DNA from: Azolla caroliniana
Taxonomy: Eukaryota > Plantae > Polypodiophyta
NCBI GenBank assembly: GCA_043228905.1
Contig: JBHGNT010000015.1
Coordinates: 15,500,001-15,564,000 of the forward strand
DNA: 64,000 nt
Direction of reading: 5' to 3'
This document shows, one piece after another, positions 23,927 to 35,657 of the stretch. Under the pieces are notes generated by a model. That model was not told where the DNA came from and did not search any database. It saw only the letters and a list, made by a program, of their open reading frames with translations. Within the stretch, counting starts at the first letter, position 1; each line of letters starts with the position of its first letter. A program made the translations under genes and the position numbers.

Positions 23927-26043
23927 TCTCGGTTATCGGAACCGAGGGAGTCGCGGTTACGCTCGTGGTTCGGCCTAACCGTCAAAAACTGGACCGAATG
24001 GCGCCCGTCCTGGCTCTTGACCCGCGCATAGGCCGAACCATTGTCCAGCACCTTGGTCTCCATTCGCGCCGCCGTGATGTACGGCTCTCCCAGTATGACC
24101 GGATGCGAGGACGTCTCCTGCACGAAGAAGTGCTGGTCAATCTCGACGTCGCCGATCTTGACTCGCACATTCGGACAGGCCCCGTGCAGTTCCTCGGTGG
24201 CGCGCGTTGCTGCCCTTATTTTCCACCCGTGCTTGGTGTTGATCGGCCATTTGCCCTTCTTATAGAAGTCCATGGACATCAAATTGATCTCCGATCCGTG
24301 GTCTACCAAAGCTATCACCGGTTCCTGGACATCGCCGATCTTCACCGGGGTTTCCGTGGTCGCTCGGGCCCAGTGCGGTCTCGGATAGTGGCTTTCCGCC
24401 CACTCGTCTCCCAGCGCCATGTCGTCTAGGTGCGTCGTCCGTACTTCCGCCGGTCTTTCCGGTTCTGTCTCCGTTGACAGCCTCTTCCGTTTCACCAAGT
24501 CCACGATGGAGTCGTGGAACTCCTTCTTGGCGATTCCCAGCACCTCCCGTAGCGACAGCTCCACCTTGCTGTCGAGGATCCGTTCCTCCAGGACCTTTCG
24601 TAAGTCCGTGGTTCTTTCTATCTCCGTCCCCAGACGGTACCCGCCCTTCTGGGGTTTATCTTGCGTACCGGCCCCGCCGGCTTCGTCCCGTCGTGGCCCG
24701 GACCGGGTCTCGTATCGTTGTGAGGGCCCGGTCGTCCCGGGTTTCCCCACCCGCTTCTCTTCCACCAGAGCCTCGTAGTTCCTGCAAGCGGCTTCCACGA
24801 AGCCCGTCTTTTCCTCGACCGGGTCGCTCCACCCGGTCATCTCCCGTACCCGTTTCTCCGCACGGTCCGATTCCTCCCTCTTCATCCTCGTATCGGCAAG
24901 GCCTTCCAACACCGTCGGCCAGAATCCGGCTTTGCTTCCTCTTCGGGCCTCGTTGCCCCCGACTCGAATACCGGCCGACGCCGAGTAGTGGACGGTTTCC
25001 GCATGTCGGGCCGCCGCCTCTTCCATCAATCTCTTCATTCCGCCTCGCCCGTCGTTTCGGTTTAGGGCCCTTCTCGTGTCGTTGGCGTGAACCCGGCCTT
25101 CCCATAGGTATACCACCCGGTTCTTCAGCGCCTCTGCGAAATCGCCGCAGTCTTTTCGGATGTGGCCGACCCCGTCGCACCACATGCACCTGTTCCCTGC
25201 CGCCGGCCGTCGGTCACGAGCAGGTCCTCCGCCTTCTCTGCGGGCTTGTGCGATTTGGAGGTCTTTTATCGCCCTCGTCAGTTCCTCCAACGCAGCTCCT
25301 CCAGTCGTGCCTCTGATCACGCCGGTCGGAGCTGAACCGGATTCCAGCCACTCCCGAGTCTCTTCCCTTCGCACCGGCTGCGCCGGCTCGAGTTTCCTCG
25401 CCGCGACTGAGCCCGACCCGGTTGCTCTGTCATCCTCCCATTCTCGCCGTTTGTCGAAACGGCCGCAGGCTCTCTTGACCGCCGCCCAGTCGGCTGTCAG
25501 CCCGTCTTCGGTTTCTAGCAGGGCGCCCACGTGACTCCGATCCCTCTCGTCAACCGATTTGACGAACAGCAGGACCCGGCTTGTATCCAGGACCATCCTG
25601 TCAAGCGCCGAAAGGCGCGCGAAGTTCTCCTCGAACTCCCGGAGGAGTGCCGACGCATTCCTTCCTTTCCCGGGAGACTCCACCCACTCCATGAAGCTTC
25701 GCTTCGAAAGCCGGAGCGCGTCGTCCAGTCCGTATTTTTCCAGGAGCCGACCTTCGAACTCCTCCCAGGTACGGCTCTCCGCCCGCACCTCGAGCACCTC
25801 CGCGTGGATGCTCGGCATCGCCACTCGGGGAAAACCGGCAAGACGCCTGTCTTCCGGAATGTCCCGCATTAACATTTCCGCACCGTAGGACGCCAGGTAC
25901 TTCGTGGCATCTTTTCCGGTGAATCGACCGATCGTTCCGACGACCGCCTCAATAGCTCTATCGAGGGCGCCGGTGCCCTCGCGCGCGCTTACTATCCGAT
26001 CCACGGCCGAAGCCATGGCCTCTGCAAGATCCGCCCCCTTCAT
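23917..26043 (-). CDS. Gag-protease of Gypsy E (708 aa)
   Basis: CMWCDGVGHIRKDC zinc knuckle; aspartic protease LVDHGSEIN..VILGEPY; ATG ~22 nt after the PBS. Confidence 0.94.
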   Translation of the reverse strand: MKGADLAEAMASAVDRIVSAREGTGALDRAIEAVVGTIGRFTGKDATKYLASYGAEMLMRDIPEDRRLAGFPRVAMPSIHAEVLEVRAESRTWEEFEGRLLEKYGLDDALRLSKRSFMEWVESPGKGRNASALLREFEENFARLSALDRMVLDTSRVLLFVKSVDERDRSHVGALLETEDGLTADWAAVKRACGRFDKRREWEDDRATGSGSVAARKLEPAQPVRREETREWLESGSAPTGVIRGTTGGAALEELTRAIKDLQIAQARREGGGPARDRRPAAGNRCMWCDGVGHIRKDCGDFAEALKNRVVYLWEGRVHANDTRRALNRNDGRGGMKRLMEEAAARHAETVHYSASAGIRVGGNEARRGSKAGFWPTVLEGLADTRMKREESDRAEKRVREMTGWSDPVEEKTGFVEAACRNYEALVEEKRVGKPGTTGPSQRYETRSGPRRDEAGGAGTQDKPQKGGYRLGTEIERTTDLRKVLEERILDSKVELSLREVLGIAKKEFHDSIVDLVKRKRLSTETEPERPAEVRTTHLDDMALGDEWAESHYPRPHWARATTETPVKIGDVQEPVIALVDHGSEINLMSMDFYKKGKWPINTKHGWKIRAATRATEELHGACPNVRVKIGDVEIDQHFFVQETSSHPVILGEPYITAARMETKVLDNGSAYARVKSQDGRHSVQFLTVRPNHERNRDSLGSDNREDF

Positions 26044-26065
26044 TTCCTACTCTTCTGCCGCCTCT

Positions 26066-26083
26066 TTCACGTCGGGTTCACCA
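26066..26083 (-). promoter_or_regulatory. Primer-binding site for tRNA-Trp
   Basis: TGGTGAACCCGACGTGAA is complementary to the 3' end of plant cytosolic tRNA-Trp (..TTCACGTCGGGTTCACCA, recalled sequence). Homologous sites at 31184-31201, 41258-41275 and 62143-62160. Confidence 0.88.
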
Positions 26084-26784
26084 AGATGTCGGGGTTGCTA
26101 CGCCCTTGCGTGCTGAAAGGAGGAGGGACCACGGGGGTCTTGGACCGAAGAGCAAGAGAGAGAGGAGTAAGAGCGAGAGACCCGATTACACAGAACCGAA
26201 GATTGCATAGGGACACGGCCCAACGAACAGAGATCACAAATAAACGCCGACGCAGATGGACGCAACAACGAAAGATATGTACTTATGAATGCAAGAAAAT
26301 AACAGACTAAAGTATTACAACCCACGGTGGGGCACGAAATAGATACTAACGAAAACGAACAGGGCGGCGAACAGATGCCGACCCCTGTATGTCGCGACGC
26401 ACAGAAAGGGAAAACAGGTCGGAGGTGCTGCAGGACGCGCTCGGGGCGTTCCACGGAACAGCGCAAGCCTCCTCGAAACCTGCACAGGTACGCGATGGAG
26501 CAGAAGGCAGAGAAGGCAGGAGTGAGAGAGAAGCTCCGAAATCGGTTTGGCAGCACTTCGTCCTCTCCGCGCGAGATATCCCCCTTCTAGTCTTCCTCTT
26601 CCTTTTTTTTTAGCCCCCCAAGAGGCCGTTTGGCATTAACTGCATACCAACCGAATCTACCCACCTAGGATCCTCGTATGTACCTACTTCGTCCTTAGGT
26701 ACTTCTTGGCGCGCGTGTGTGTGTAGAGCCGTTTCCCACGCCTTGTTCCTCCGATTCCTCTTGTGGGCGGTTTTCTTCACGACA

Positions 26785-27866
26785 ACGTCTCCTATGCCGG
26801 CAATCCGGCACGTACCTTCATTTCCCATCCAAACACAGCCATGCTCACCGGCTGTGTAGGATGAGAAGTATCTTCTTTCCGGGGTCAGGTGGAACGACGC
26901 TCCGGAATCGACCACCCAGGTAGTCTCATCGCCGGCAATGTTTAGTTCACCTTCTTCGGTGATGAGCATGATCTCCTCTTCACTTGCCGCGAGTGCCGTC
27001 GTTCCTTTCCGGTCCTGCCCTCGCCGATCCGAACCATTCCGGTCCGTGGCTCCCCGGTAAGCACCGTTCCGTTCCGAAGACTTCTTCGAATCGGTGTCGT
27101 CGGCTCCATTGTCTTTTCGGTAATGCCGACAATTCTTTCGGAAGTGCCCCGGCTTCCCACAGTGGAAGCATGTGGGCCTTCCTCTTGACTGCGACTGGGT
27201 CCCCGACTTCTCCCGTCTTTGCGGACTCCGGTTCCGTTGTCTTCCCCGATCCGATTCGGTAAGCAGCATCTTCGGATCGGAGGCCGGTTCTTTATCTCTC
27301 CGACGCGCTTCTTCGTTCAAAATGCTTGTCTTTACCGTTTGTAGAGACAAGTTATCTTCGGTGCAGGAGGTGCTGAGAGTCACCACCAAGTTCTCCTAGC
27401 TTTCCGGCAATGTACACATCAGCATGATGGCTTGCATTGCATCCTCCAACGGGAACTTGATCGCCGCAAGCTGGTTCACGAATCCCATGAACGTGCTTAC
27501 GTGTTCCACCATACTCTCGCCGTCCCGGTACTTGAGGTTCACTATCTTCCTCATCAGGGAGGTCCGGTTCAACGCATTCTTCCTCTCGTAGAGGCCCGAC
27601 AGCTTCTGCCACATCTCATATGCGTTGGTGTTGTTCGCCACATGTTGTAGGACGCTCACGTCGACGTATTGCCGAATGGTTGCAACGGCTTTCCGGTTCA
27701 GAAGCCTCCATTCCGTCTCAAGTACCCCCTTGGGTATTTCCGACCTGTCGATCGGTTCATACAGGTCCCGAACAATGAGTAGATCCTCCATCTTTATCTT
27801 CCAGTCGGCGTAGTTCTGCGCATTCAGCACCATCATCCCCGGCTGCCCGCTGCTGCCGCCTTCCAT
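26785..27866 (-). pseudogene. Gag and protease N-terminus of Copia D, one premature stop (27396-27398)
   Basis: NYADWKIKMEDLL, CFHCGKPGHFRKNC, WVVDSGASFH. The frame rejoins pol (GIGDVWLTT) when E and one ACGT are removed. Confidence 0.93.
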
Positions 27867-29059
27867 TTTCTGCACTGCAGTCGCTCTGATACCAGATTGT
27901 TAGGAATTGACGCTTACAAACCTTCACCTCTCGGCCACAACCGAGGAAACACGAATCAATGCAGCAGTAAACGAAAAACACAGAGAGAGACTCGAATGCA
28001 TAGGGTTTAGCGTGGAAAACCCTAGACGGGAAAAACCACGGGAGTGCAAGACTCCAACTATCAGTATACGCAGGGAATGTACAATGGCGAGCTGCAAGGC
28101 GACGACCTTGAGCTCGCTGTCCTCGCCACAGGCGGCGGTATTACACAGAGGCGTCGACCTCTTCCTTTCTCTCTCTCTCTCACTCTTTCTCTCGGCTGCT
28201 CTCACTTCGCTCCCTCTAAGTGGAAAACAGAAAAATGAGCAACAACTACAAAACTGTTTGCCCTAAGTCATATTTATACACATATGACTTTCGGGCTATT
28301 TACAAATATAGCCTCAAGGGCCCTTGGCAAACATATTCACAAATATGTCCCCGCATCCGGATCTCTCTCCGGGTACATTCGTCATCCGGCTCCGTAGCCG
28401 GGGTCTTCATCATCCGAATCCGGAACCGGGTCTTCATTCCCGATTCCTGGACATCCGACCATCCCATCCGGAGGGACCGTAATCCCAACATTAACTACCT
28501 AGTAATCTAAGCTATTACTAGGCTTTCGGTTATTGCCGGATCCGGCTAACCGGCTCCCCAGCTCACCGGCTCACCGATCCGGCTCATCCTTCCAATGCCG
28601 ATCCTGCTCAAGCTTATTCAGCTGATCCGGATCCGGTTGAACTTGCCGCTCGATAGGTTCATTAGTCCTTGGAAGGAATTAATGTGCTCCACCATGGTAG
28701 AACCATCTTGATACCGGAGTCTCACGATTTTCCTGAAAACAGAGACTCTGTTCACTGCGTTCTTGTTCTCAAACATTACGCCAATCTTCTTCCAGAGGAC
28801 GTCGTCACTCGTCTATTCATCAAAGTTGTTGTATAGACTCATGTCTATAAAACAACTTATATATGTTGCCGCCTTCAGGTGCATGACTTCCCAAGTTGAT
28901 GCATCGATCTTGTCTGGTCTTTTATCTCCAAACTGCACCGGCAACCATAGGTCTTTGCACACAAGCATGTCTCTCATCTTCAACTTCCACACTGAGTAGT
29001 TGGAGCTGATTAACTTGAACATGCCGCCGAATGAGTCTTCCATCGCTCTGATACCACTT

Positions 29060-29597
29060 TGTCAGGAATCGACCAGCCACAACTGGTTACATGTTCGTAT
29101 TCGAGTGTAGAAAACAAGAGAGCTAGTACATAGACAGGAAAACGTGAAGACAAAGAAAAACAAGTACAAAGAGACACCAAATGTTTAACGTGGAAACCCA
29201 AACTGGGAAAAAACCACGTGGATTCCACAAACTCCAAATAGATCATTATGGTAGGGAAGAAGTACAATGAGGAACTCGGAGGCAATGACCTCGAGTTCTC
29301 CTTCGTCTGACTGACGGCTACAAAGTTGCACTCTCACACTCTCACTCTTCCTCTCACAGTCACAGAGGCAACTACCTCCACACTCTGTCTGTAACAACTA
29401 ATGATCAACACACACATATCTATAAAGTTTCCCCTAGTTGTTTTTATACCAAATCAACTTTCAGGTTATTTACAAGTATGGCCCACAAGGGGCATTTTAG
29501 ACTATTTACAATTATAGTCTTCCGAATTGATTTCGGTTCTCAGTTACTCACCGACTCGGTTCTTCTCTTCCCATCCGGAGGGACTTGTTTCCCAACA
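29060..29597 (-). repeat. 5' LTR of Copia A
   Basis: TG..CA; PBS 3 nt inside; gag ATG (29043) 1 nt after the PBS. Confidence 0.93.
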
Positions 29598-31272
29598 TAT
29601 TGGTTGTTGCTTCATCCCTATCATGTAATGGAACTCTACGATGAATATTAAGATGGAAATATTATTTTGTTGCAGAATATTTCATGTTCATAATGTTGTT
29701 TAGTAAGAATGTTAGCAACTTTGTGAGTATGAATATGCTAGTGTTTTCTGATGTTCTAGAGTCTAAAGGGTTTGGATCTATTGATGTTAAGGCTGAGGGC
29801 AATGTGGAAACTGTTGATGTTGTTGCGTGTTTAGAGGGCCCCATCTTGAAAGTAGATGTAGCAACTAACACAAATGATCTGGACATGCAAGTAGATCAAG
29901 CACGTTGCACAGATGATTTGATTTTGCAACTAGATGCAGAATGTGATAGTAGTGGGCTGATATCGATTAGAGAAGTATTTACATGCACAAATATGATACC
30001 AAGCCTGACAATACAATTGACTATACAAGAGCAAAACATGGTGAAGCCATGCCCAACAACTGCACAAGAGCAAAACGGGGTGAAACAAGACCCAATGACA
30101 CAGTCAACTGGGGTGTAAAGAGGAAAAGGTCACCAATTGTGTCAACAGAACCTGAGTTGATTGAAATTGATCGTGTACTACCAAGGCTTGGTGTAACAGA
30201 GGCTTAGTTGCAGGAATGGAAACCTAAACCGTTAGAAGAAGAAAGAAGAGCCTTGATCTTGGATCTTGATAAAGTCTTGATGAGTGTGCGATATATGACC
30301 CCAAGGAGGGGCGCGTATCAATTTTTGTCATGGGCTATGTATACCTCTCGCAACGAGAGTTCCACCTAACTATCGAGAATCCGCTCCTCTAAGACCTTTC
30401 GTAGATCTATCGCCTTCTCAATTTCCAAGCTCAGCTGGAAGCTCGGAAATTTCTCTTTTGCTCTCTCTTGTGAGCCAGTTGGACCACTATCACTTCTCTT
30501 TCGCCCTTCACCCAACACCCCTCTTCTCGTAGTTGGGACGATCGTCATCGTCCCCTCGTTTCATTCACGTCGTTTGTCAAAATGGTTGCATACTCTCTTA
30601 ACTACAACCTAATCGGTTGTGAGGCCGTCACCTGTCTCCAGGAGGAGACCCACCTTCTCATGATCGTGTGAGTCGATCAATTTTATGAAAAGAAGGACCT
30701 TAATTATATCGAGCACGGTCCAATCCAGCAATGAAAGACATGTGAACCGCTTCTTAAATTCTTGGAGAAGCGATGAGGTGTTCCTTTTTCAGGGATCTCA
30801 ACCCAATCCATGAGCTCCTATTTCGACATTCAGAGTGAGACGTTAATGTTGTTCCTCTCGAGGATTCGCTCCTCGAACTCTGCCTAGTTATGATAGTCGG
30901 ATTGTATTTCGAGCACCTCCACGTGATGCTCGACGTGATAATTCGGGGAAATCCAAACAACCGCCTATCCTCCATGATGTCCCGCATTAGCATTTCGGTC
31001 TTATAGGTCGCCATGTAGCTTATCACAACTTTATCATTAAATCGGCATGTCATGCAGACTATTGTTTCGATGGCCTTGTTGAGGCCACTCGCGTTTTCCT
31101 GAGCATTCACCAAGTGATCAACAGCCACCGCCATCACTTCCAAAGCTCGCTTCCCCTCATCTTGACTCCTTTGCCACCCTCTTTTCACGTCGGGTTCACC
31201 AAAGATGTTGCGGTATTTCCCGGGCACATGCCAGATCGGGACGGTACCACTAGAGTCTTTGTCCCAAGGAGC

Positions 31273-31274
<2 letters not shown>

Positions 31275-31340
<66 letters not shown>
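31275..31340. repeat. (GA)n microsatellite inside the J LTR
   Basis: About 33 GA units, one interruption. Confidence 0.95.
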
Positions 31341-31809
31341 TGTTGGGAAATCGGTCCCTCCGGATGGGATCCGATTATGAATGAAGAGGACCCGGTGAGA
31401 ACCAAAAGAGGAGACGTACTTGTAAATATGTTTTGAATAAGCCTATTGAGGCTATATTTGTAAATAGCCCTAAGTTCATATAAGTATATATATGACTTAG
31501 GGCAATCACTTTAGTGTGTTGGTAGTTGTCATATTTTATATGTGTATAACTGCTATATAGAGAGAGATAGAGATACAACACGATACTCTATTGTAACCGC
31601 CGCTCGGCAAAGAAACAGAACTCGAGGTCGCTGCCTACAAGTCTTTGATTGTACCTTTCTCATATAGTGATAGTTTGGAGTCTGTGGGCTCCCGAGGTTT
31701 TTTACCCTATTAGGGTTTTCCACGTAAATATTCGGTGTACTCTCTACTTCCCATTTCTGTGATTCAAGACTCGGTTGTGGCCGATCAATTTCCCGCGCTT
31801 TTCTTCACA
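31341..31809 (+). mobile_element. Solo LTR of the A/D Copia group inserted in the GA tract
   Basis: Starts tgttggg..gtccctccggatggg and ends ttcaca; TSD AGAGA on both sides. Confidence 0.88.
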
Positions 31810-31887
31810 AGAGAGAGAGACAGAGAGAGAGATTATACGGTTCACTTACCGGATAAGGTCACTGACACACGGGCCCGGGCACGCAGT

Positions 31888-32230
31888 TGATCCGGTCCTA
31901 TCTTTGGACACCGGATGATGAACGTGAAGAGGATAGCGCAGAATATAGGTCGGCCACAACCGAGTCTTGAATCACAGAAATGAGAATGAAACACAGAAAC
32001 GGGAAGTGAAGAGTACACAGAATATTTACGTGGAAAACCCTAATGGGAAAAACCACGGGAGCCCACAGACTCCAAACTATCCTTATATAAGAAAGGTACA
32101 AACAAAGACTCGGAGGCAACGGCCTCGAGCTCTCTATCTTCGCCAATCGGCGGTTACAACAGAGTATCGCTCTATATATATATATATATATATATATACA
32201 ATAGTTATCTCTACAACAATGTGACAACCC
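31888..32230 (-). mobile_element. Truncated LTR of the same subfamily as 31341-31809, opposite orientation
   Basis: 31950-32170 is the reverse complement of ~31580-31785; left boundary uncertain. Confidence 0.75.
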
Positions 32231-32244
32231 CTCTCATTATCCTC

Positions 32245-33570
32245 TGAATTTGAATGGTTTATGATCATGTATGTAGAATAGAGAAATCAATAGATTGGTA
32301 CATAATACATATGCTATTCAAATCATGCTTCAATAGAATCACTTGAATCCATGTATGATGAAAACAAACATGATACACATGGGTATAGATTGATCATGTC
32401 CTTGATGAAAACAAACATGATACACTTGGGTTCCATTTCATCCTTGGCCTTGCAAATCTCATAATGAACCATTCTTTCTTTTGTTTGAAATCACAATTTT
32501 TGGATTTTGTGTATTTTTAGTTGAGAAATTGGATAAGTTTTTAACTGGAGTTCATCTTTTCTGAGGTAATTTATGATTGCAAGACTAGGATTTAGGTTTG
32601 AACACCTACTTTTGTGAGGTTTGGCTCTCAGGGTCTATCATACATTGGAATTTGAATGGTTAATGATCATGTTTGTAGAATAGAGAAATCGATAATTTGG
32701 TACATAATACATATGGTATTCAAATTATTCTTCAATAGAATCACTTGAATCTATGTCCTTGATGAAAACAAACATGATACAGACGGGTATAGGTTTTAAA
32801 CTGATATGTTCAATATTCATGCCCTTAGGCTTCAGTGTTTAAAATGCCCTGAAATTGGAATACCAAATTAACTATTCTCTCATGGTTTTGACCTCACAAT
32901 GCTATGGAAAATGGTCATGGTCTTCACTTTTAGTGTTTCAAATACCTTGAAATTCTAATGGCCAATGCTTTTGCTATTATGGTTAGTGTTAAAAAGACCT
33001 TGAAATTTGAATGTTCAATGGTTATGATATTGGGGTTTAGGGTTGAAATATAGTGTGGTTATGTTTCTAAACTCTCCAGGTCTATCATACTTTGCAATTT
33101 GAATGGTTAATGATCATGTATGTAGAATAGAGATTTATCAATAGATTGGTACATAATAAATATGCTATTCAAATCATTCTTAATTAGATTCACTTGAATC
33201 CATGTACTTGACGAAAACAAACATGATACACATGGGTATAGGTTTTAAACTGATATGTTCAATATTCATGCCCTTAGGCTTCAATGTTTAAAATGCCTTG
33301 AAATTTGAATACCAAAATATCCATTCTCTCATGGCTTTGGCCTCACAATGCTATGGCAAATGGTCATGGTCTTCACTTTTAGTGTTTAAAATACCTTGAA
33401 ATTCTAATAGCCAATGTTTTTGCTCTTATGATTATTGTTAAAAAGAGCTTGAAATTTGAATGTTCAATGGTTATGATATTGGGGTTTAGGTTGAAATATA
33501 GTGTGGTTATGTTTCTATGTTCTCAGGGTCTATCATACTTTGGAATTTGAATGGTTAATGATCATGTCTA
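32245..33570. repeat. AT-rich tandem repeat, ~448-bp unit, about 3 copies
   Basis: The tttgaatggtt.atgatcatg anchor lies at 32249, 32651, 33098 and 33546 (periods 402, 447, 448). Confidence 0.9.
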
Positions 33571-33588
33571 TTGAATAAAGATTTATCA

Positions 33589-35657
33589 ATGTCAGCACAC
33601 GAGCTGTATTTCGAGCGGAAGCCGAATTTAAGACACCTTAGGGTATTCAATAGCATAGCCTTTATGCATGTACCGAATGACAAGTGGAGAAAGTTGGAAT
33701 CGAATTCGGAGAACTGCATACTAGTCGGCCACTCTCATGAGAAGAAGGGGTATATATGTGCAACAACCCCTAGAAAAAGATAGCGTGAGTTAGCCGAGAT
33801 GTCGAATTTGACGGATCGGCGTTCTAGTACAGTCAACCAACTCTAACTCCAACCACTGGATTCTGGAAGATGAGGCCAGTGAGCCCAAAACAATCTAGGC
33901 AGAAGAGGAAGAAGAGTTCGGTACTCTAGATGAGAGTCTGATTTCATTTCGGCTAAGCAGGTCGAACGAGCGACTGAATCGGAACAACCAGTCCAATGAA
34001 GAGCCGGCGAGTCGTGGAGACTCAGCCATGTTGTCCCTGCACAATGAACCGAGGAGATAATTCACGCACAAAGAGAAGGGGAAGAAGAAGATGTCAGAAT
34101 ACCACACCGGTAGAGACGAGTTGTATCGGAGCAAATCCGACTTTGGAAAGGACGAAGACGGACCTTCGGGGACAAAGTTCGAGCCGGCCAAGAGGGCCTG
34201 GAAATCGGCTAACGAGAAGTTACGTTGATCGACCCGCTAGAAGAACCCCATAAAACGGTATTGTATAATGAGTACATGGCCTACATGACGAAAGTGGCGG
34301 AAGTGCGAGTCAGAGAGCTACGTAGAAGCAGCAAAAGTCACAAATTGGCGTGTCATTATGGAGGAAGAATTGCGGGTACTCGATGCCAACGACGCATGGG
34401 ACTTGGTTGACCCTCCCCGACATTACAAACCCATCGGTTGCAAGTGGTTGTACAAGATAAAGTATAATGTTGACGGTTCCATCAACCGGTGCAAGGCCCG
34501 GTTAGTGGCAAAAGGATATGTGCAGACCCACGGAATCGATTATGATGAGACCTTCGCTCCAGTAGTGAAGATGACGACGGTTCGTGTGGTGTTGGTAGTG
34601 GTTGTGGCAAGGGGGTGGCATCTTCACCAAATGGACGTGAAGAATGTGTTTCTTCAAGGTGACCTTAAAGAACAGGTCTACATGATCCAGCCCCCCGGTT
34701 TTCAGTCGGAGATGAACAAGTCGGCAGTGTGCTGACTCTAGAAGTCACTTTACGGCCTGAAGCAAGGCCCCCATACTTGGAATTCAAAGATAACGCACTA
34801 GTTGCGTAAGATGGGGTTTGTGGCCTCTAAGTCCAACTCATCCCTGTTCATCCGGAAGGTCTTGTATGTATCTTGCTCTCTAGCTATCACCGGGGACCCG
34901 GACTCGCTGAAATCGGTCGCATGAAGTCCCAGTTGTCAGCCACATTCAAAATGAAGGACCTGGGGGACCTTCATTATTTCCTCGGGATCAAAGTGATCCA
35001 CACCCCCAACAACATATTGCTCTCACATCGACATTATGTGTTGAATATGTTGTACAAGTTTGGCATGACAGATTGCCAACTAGTCTCCACACTCCTAGAA
35101 CGGAACCTGAAGCTTCGTCCCAACTCCGTACCACCCTACAACAAGAGACGGTTCCGAAAAATTGTTGGAACCCTCATTTACTTAACAATCACCCGACCCG
35201 ACATCAGCTATTCGGTCGGAGCAATCAACCAATTTATGCAGAGGCCGACCATCGAGCACCTTCAGTGCGCGCATCGACTATTGAGGTATGTGAGCGGCAC
35301 TAAGGATCGGGGACTGTTATACCGACACGATATAACCGAAAAGCTAGTCAGTTATATAGATGTTGATTGGGCTAGTGACACGTCGGATTGTCGGTCCACT
35401 TCTAGTTTTATGTTCTCTCTCGGGAGCGCAACTGTTGCATGGAGCAGCAAAAAATAGTCGACAATGGCTCTGTCGAGCACTAAGGTTGAGTATCGAGGTG
35501 CTATCATTGCCACCTATAAAGCCATATGGCTTCGGCGGCTGCTGCAAGACCTCTGGATCAAAGTACCGACTCGAATCCTGATCTATTGCAACAACATGAG
35601 TAGCATGGAGCTAGCCAAGAACCTCGTGTTACATGTTTGGACGAAGCACATAGAAGT
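33589..35657 (+). pseudogene. Old Copia (B/C family) fragment: INT C-terminus, RT, RNase H
   Basis: SAHELYF..PNLRHLRVF, MDVKNVFLQGDL, MKDLGDLHYFLG; ends at TKHIEV where the F LTR begins. Confidence 0.9.

Larger units (their letters stand above)
19659..26784 (-). mobile_element. Very young, apparently intact Gypsy LTR retrotransposon E (non-chromovirus, Phygy-like, tRNA-Trp primed)
   Basis: 698-bp LTRs 19659-20356 and 26087-26784 (two substitutions seen); PBS 26066-26083; 4-bp TSD ACGT at 19655-19658 and 26785-26788; two intact ORFs. Confidence 0.97.
16045..28490 (-). mobile_element. Young Copia LTR retrotransposon D (Tork/Tnt1-like), inserted in the 5' LTR of C
   Basis: LTRs 16045-16652 and 27898-28490 (about 4 substitutions and one 15-bp indel by eye); PBS-Met 27883-27894; PPT 16653-16662; TSD TTAAC at 16040-16044 and 28491-28495. 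Confidence 0.97.
10802..28655 (-). mobile_element. Copia LTR retrotransposon C (B family), inserted in the gag of A
   Basis: 3' LTR 10802-11245; 5' LTR split by D into 15774-16044 and 28491-28655; PBS 15762-15773; PPT 11246-11252; TSD GGTTC at 10797-10801 and 28656-28660. Confidence 0.95.
1142..29597 (-). mobile_element. Copia LTR retrotransposon A (Tork/Tnt1-like), decayed; host of B, C, D and E
   Basis: LTRs 1142-1681 and 29060-29597; PBS-Met (gctctgatacca) 29045-29056; PPT ~1682-1691; TSD TATTG at 1137-1141 and 29598-29602. Gag/PR/INT/RT/RH fragments are colinear once inserts are removed. Confidence 0.92.
30300..31887 (-). mobile_element. Decayed, truncated tRNA-Trp primed Gypsy J (gag remnant plus partial 5' LTR from 31206)
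   Basis: PBS-Trp 31184-31201; gag homology to E (AIETIV..RF, EMLMRDI.EDRRL.GFPR, DLRKVLEERILDS). Confidence 0.85.

Noticed and set aside
20436-25888. Many overlapping or antisense ORFs in E (e.g. 311 aa at 22161-23096, 280 aa at 24474-25316)
   Set aside because: Expected shadows of GC-rich coding DNA; no recognisable domains.
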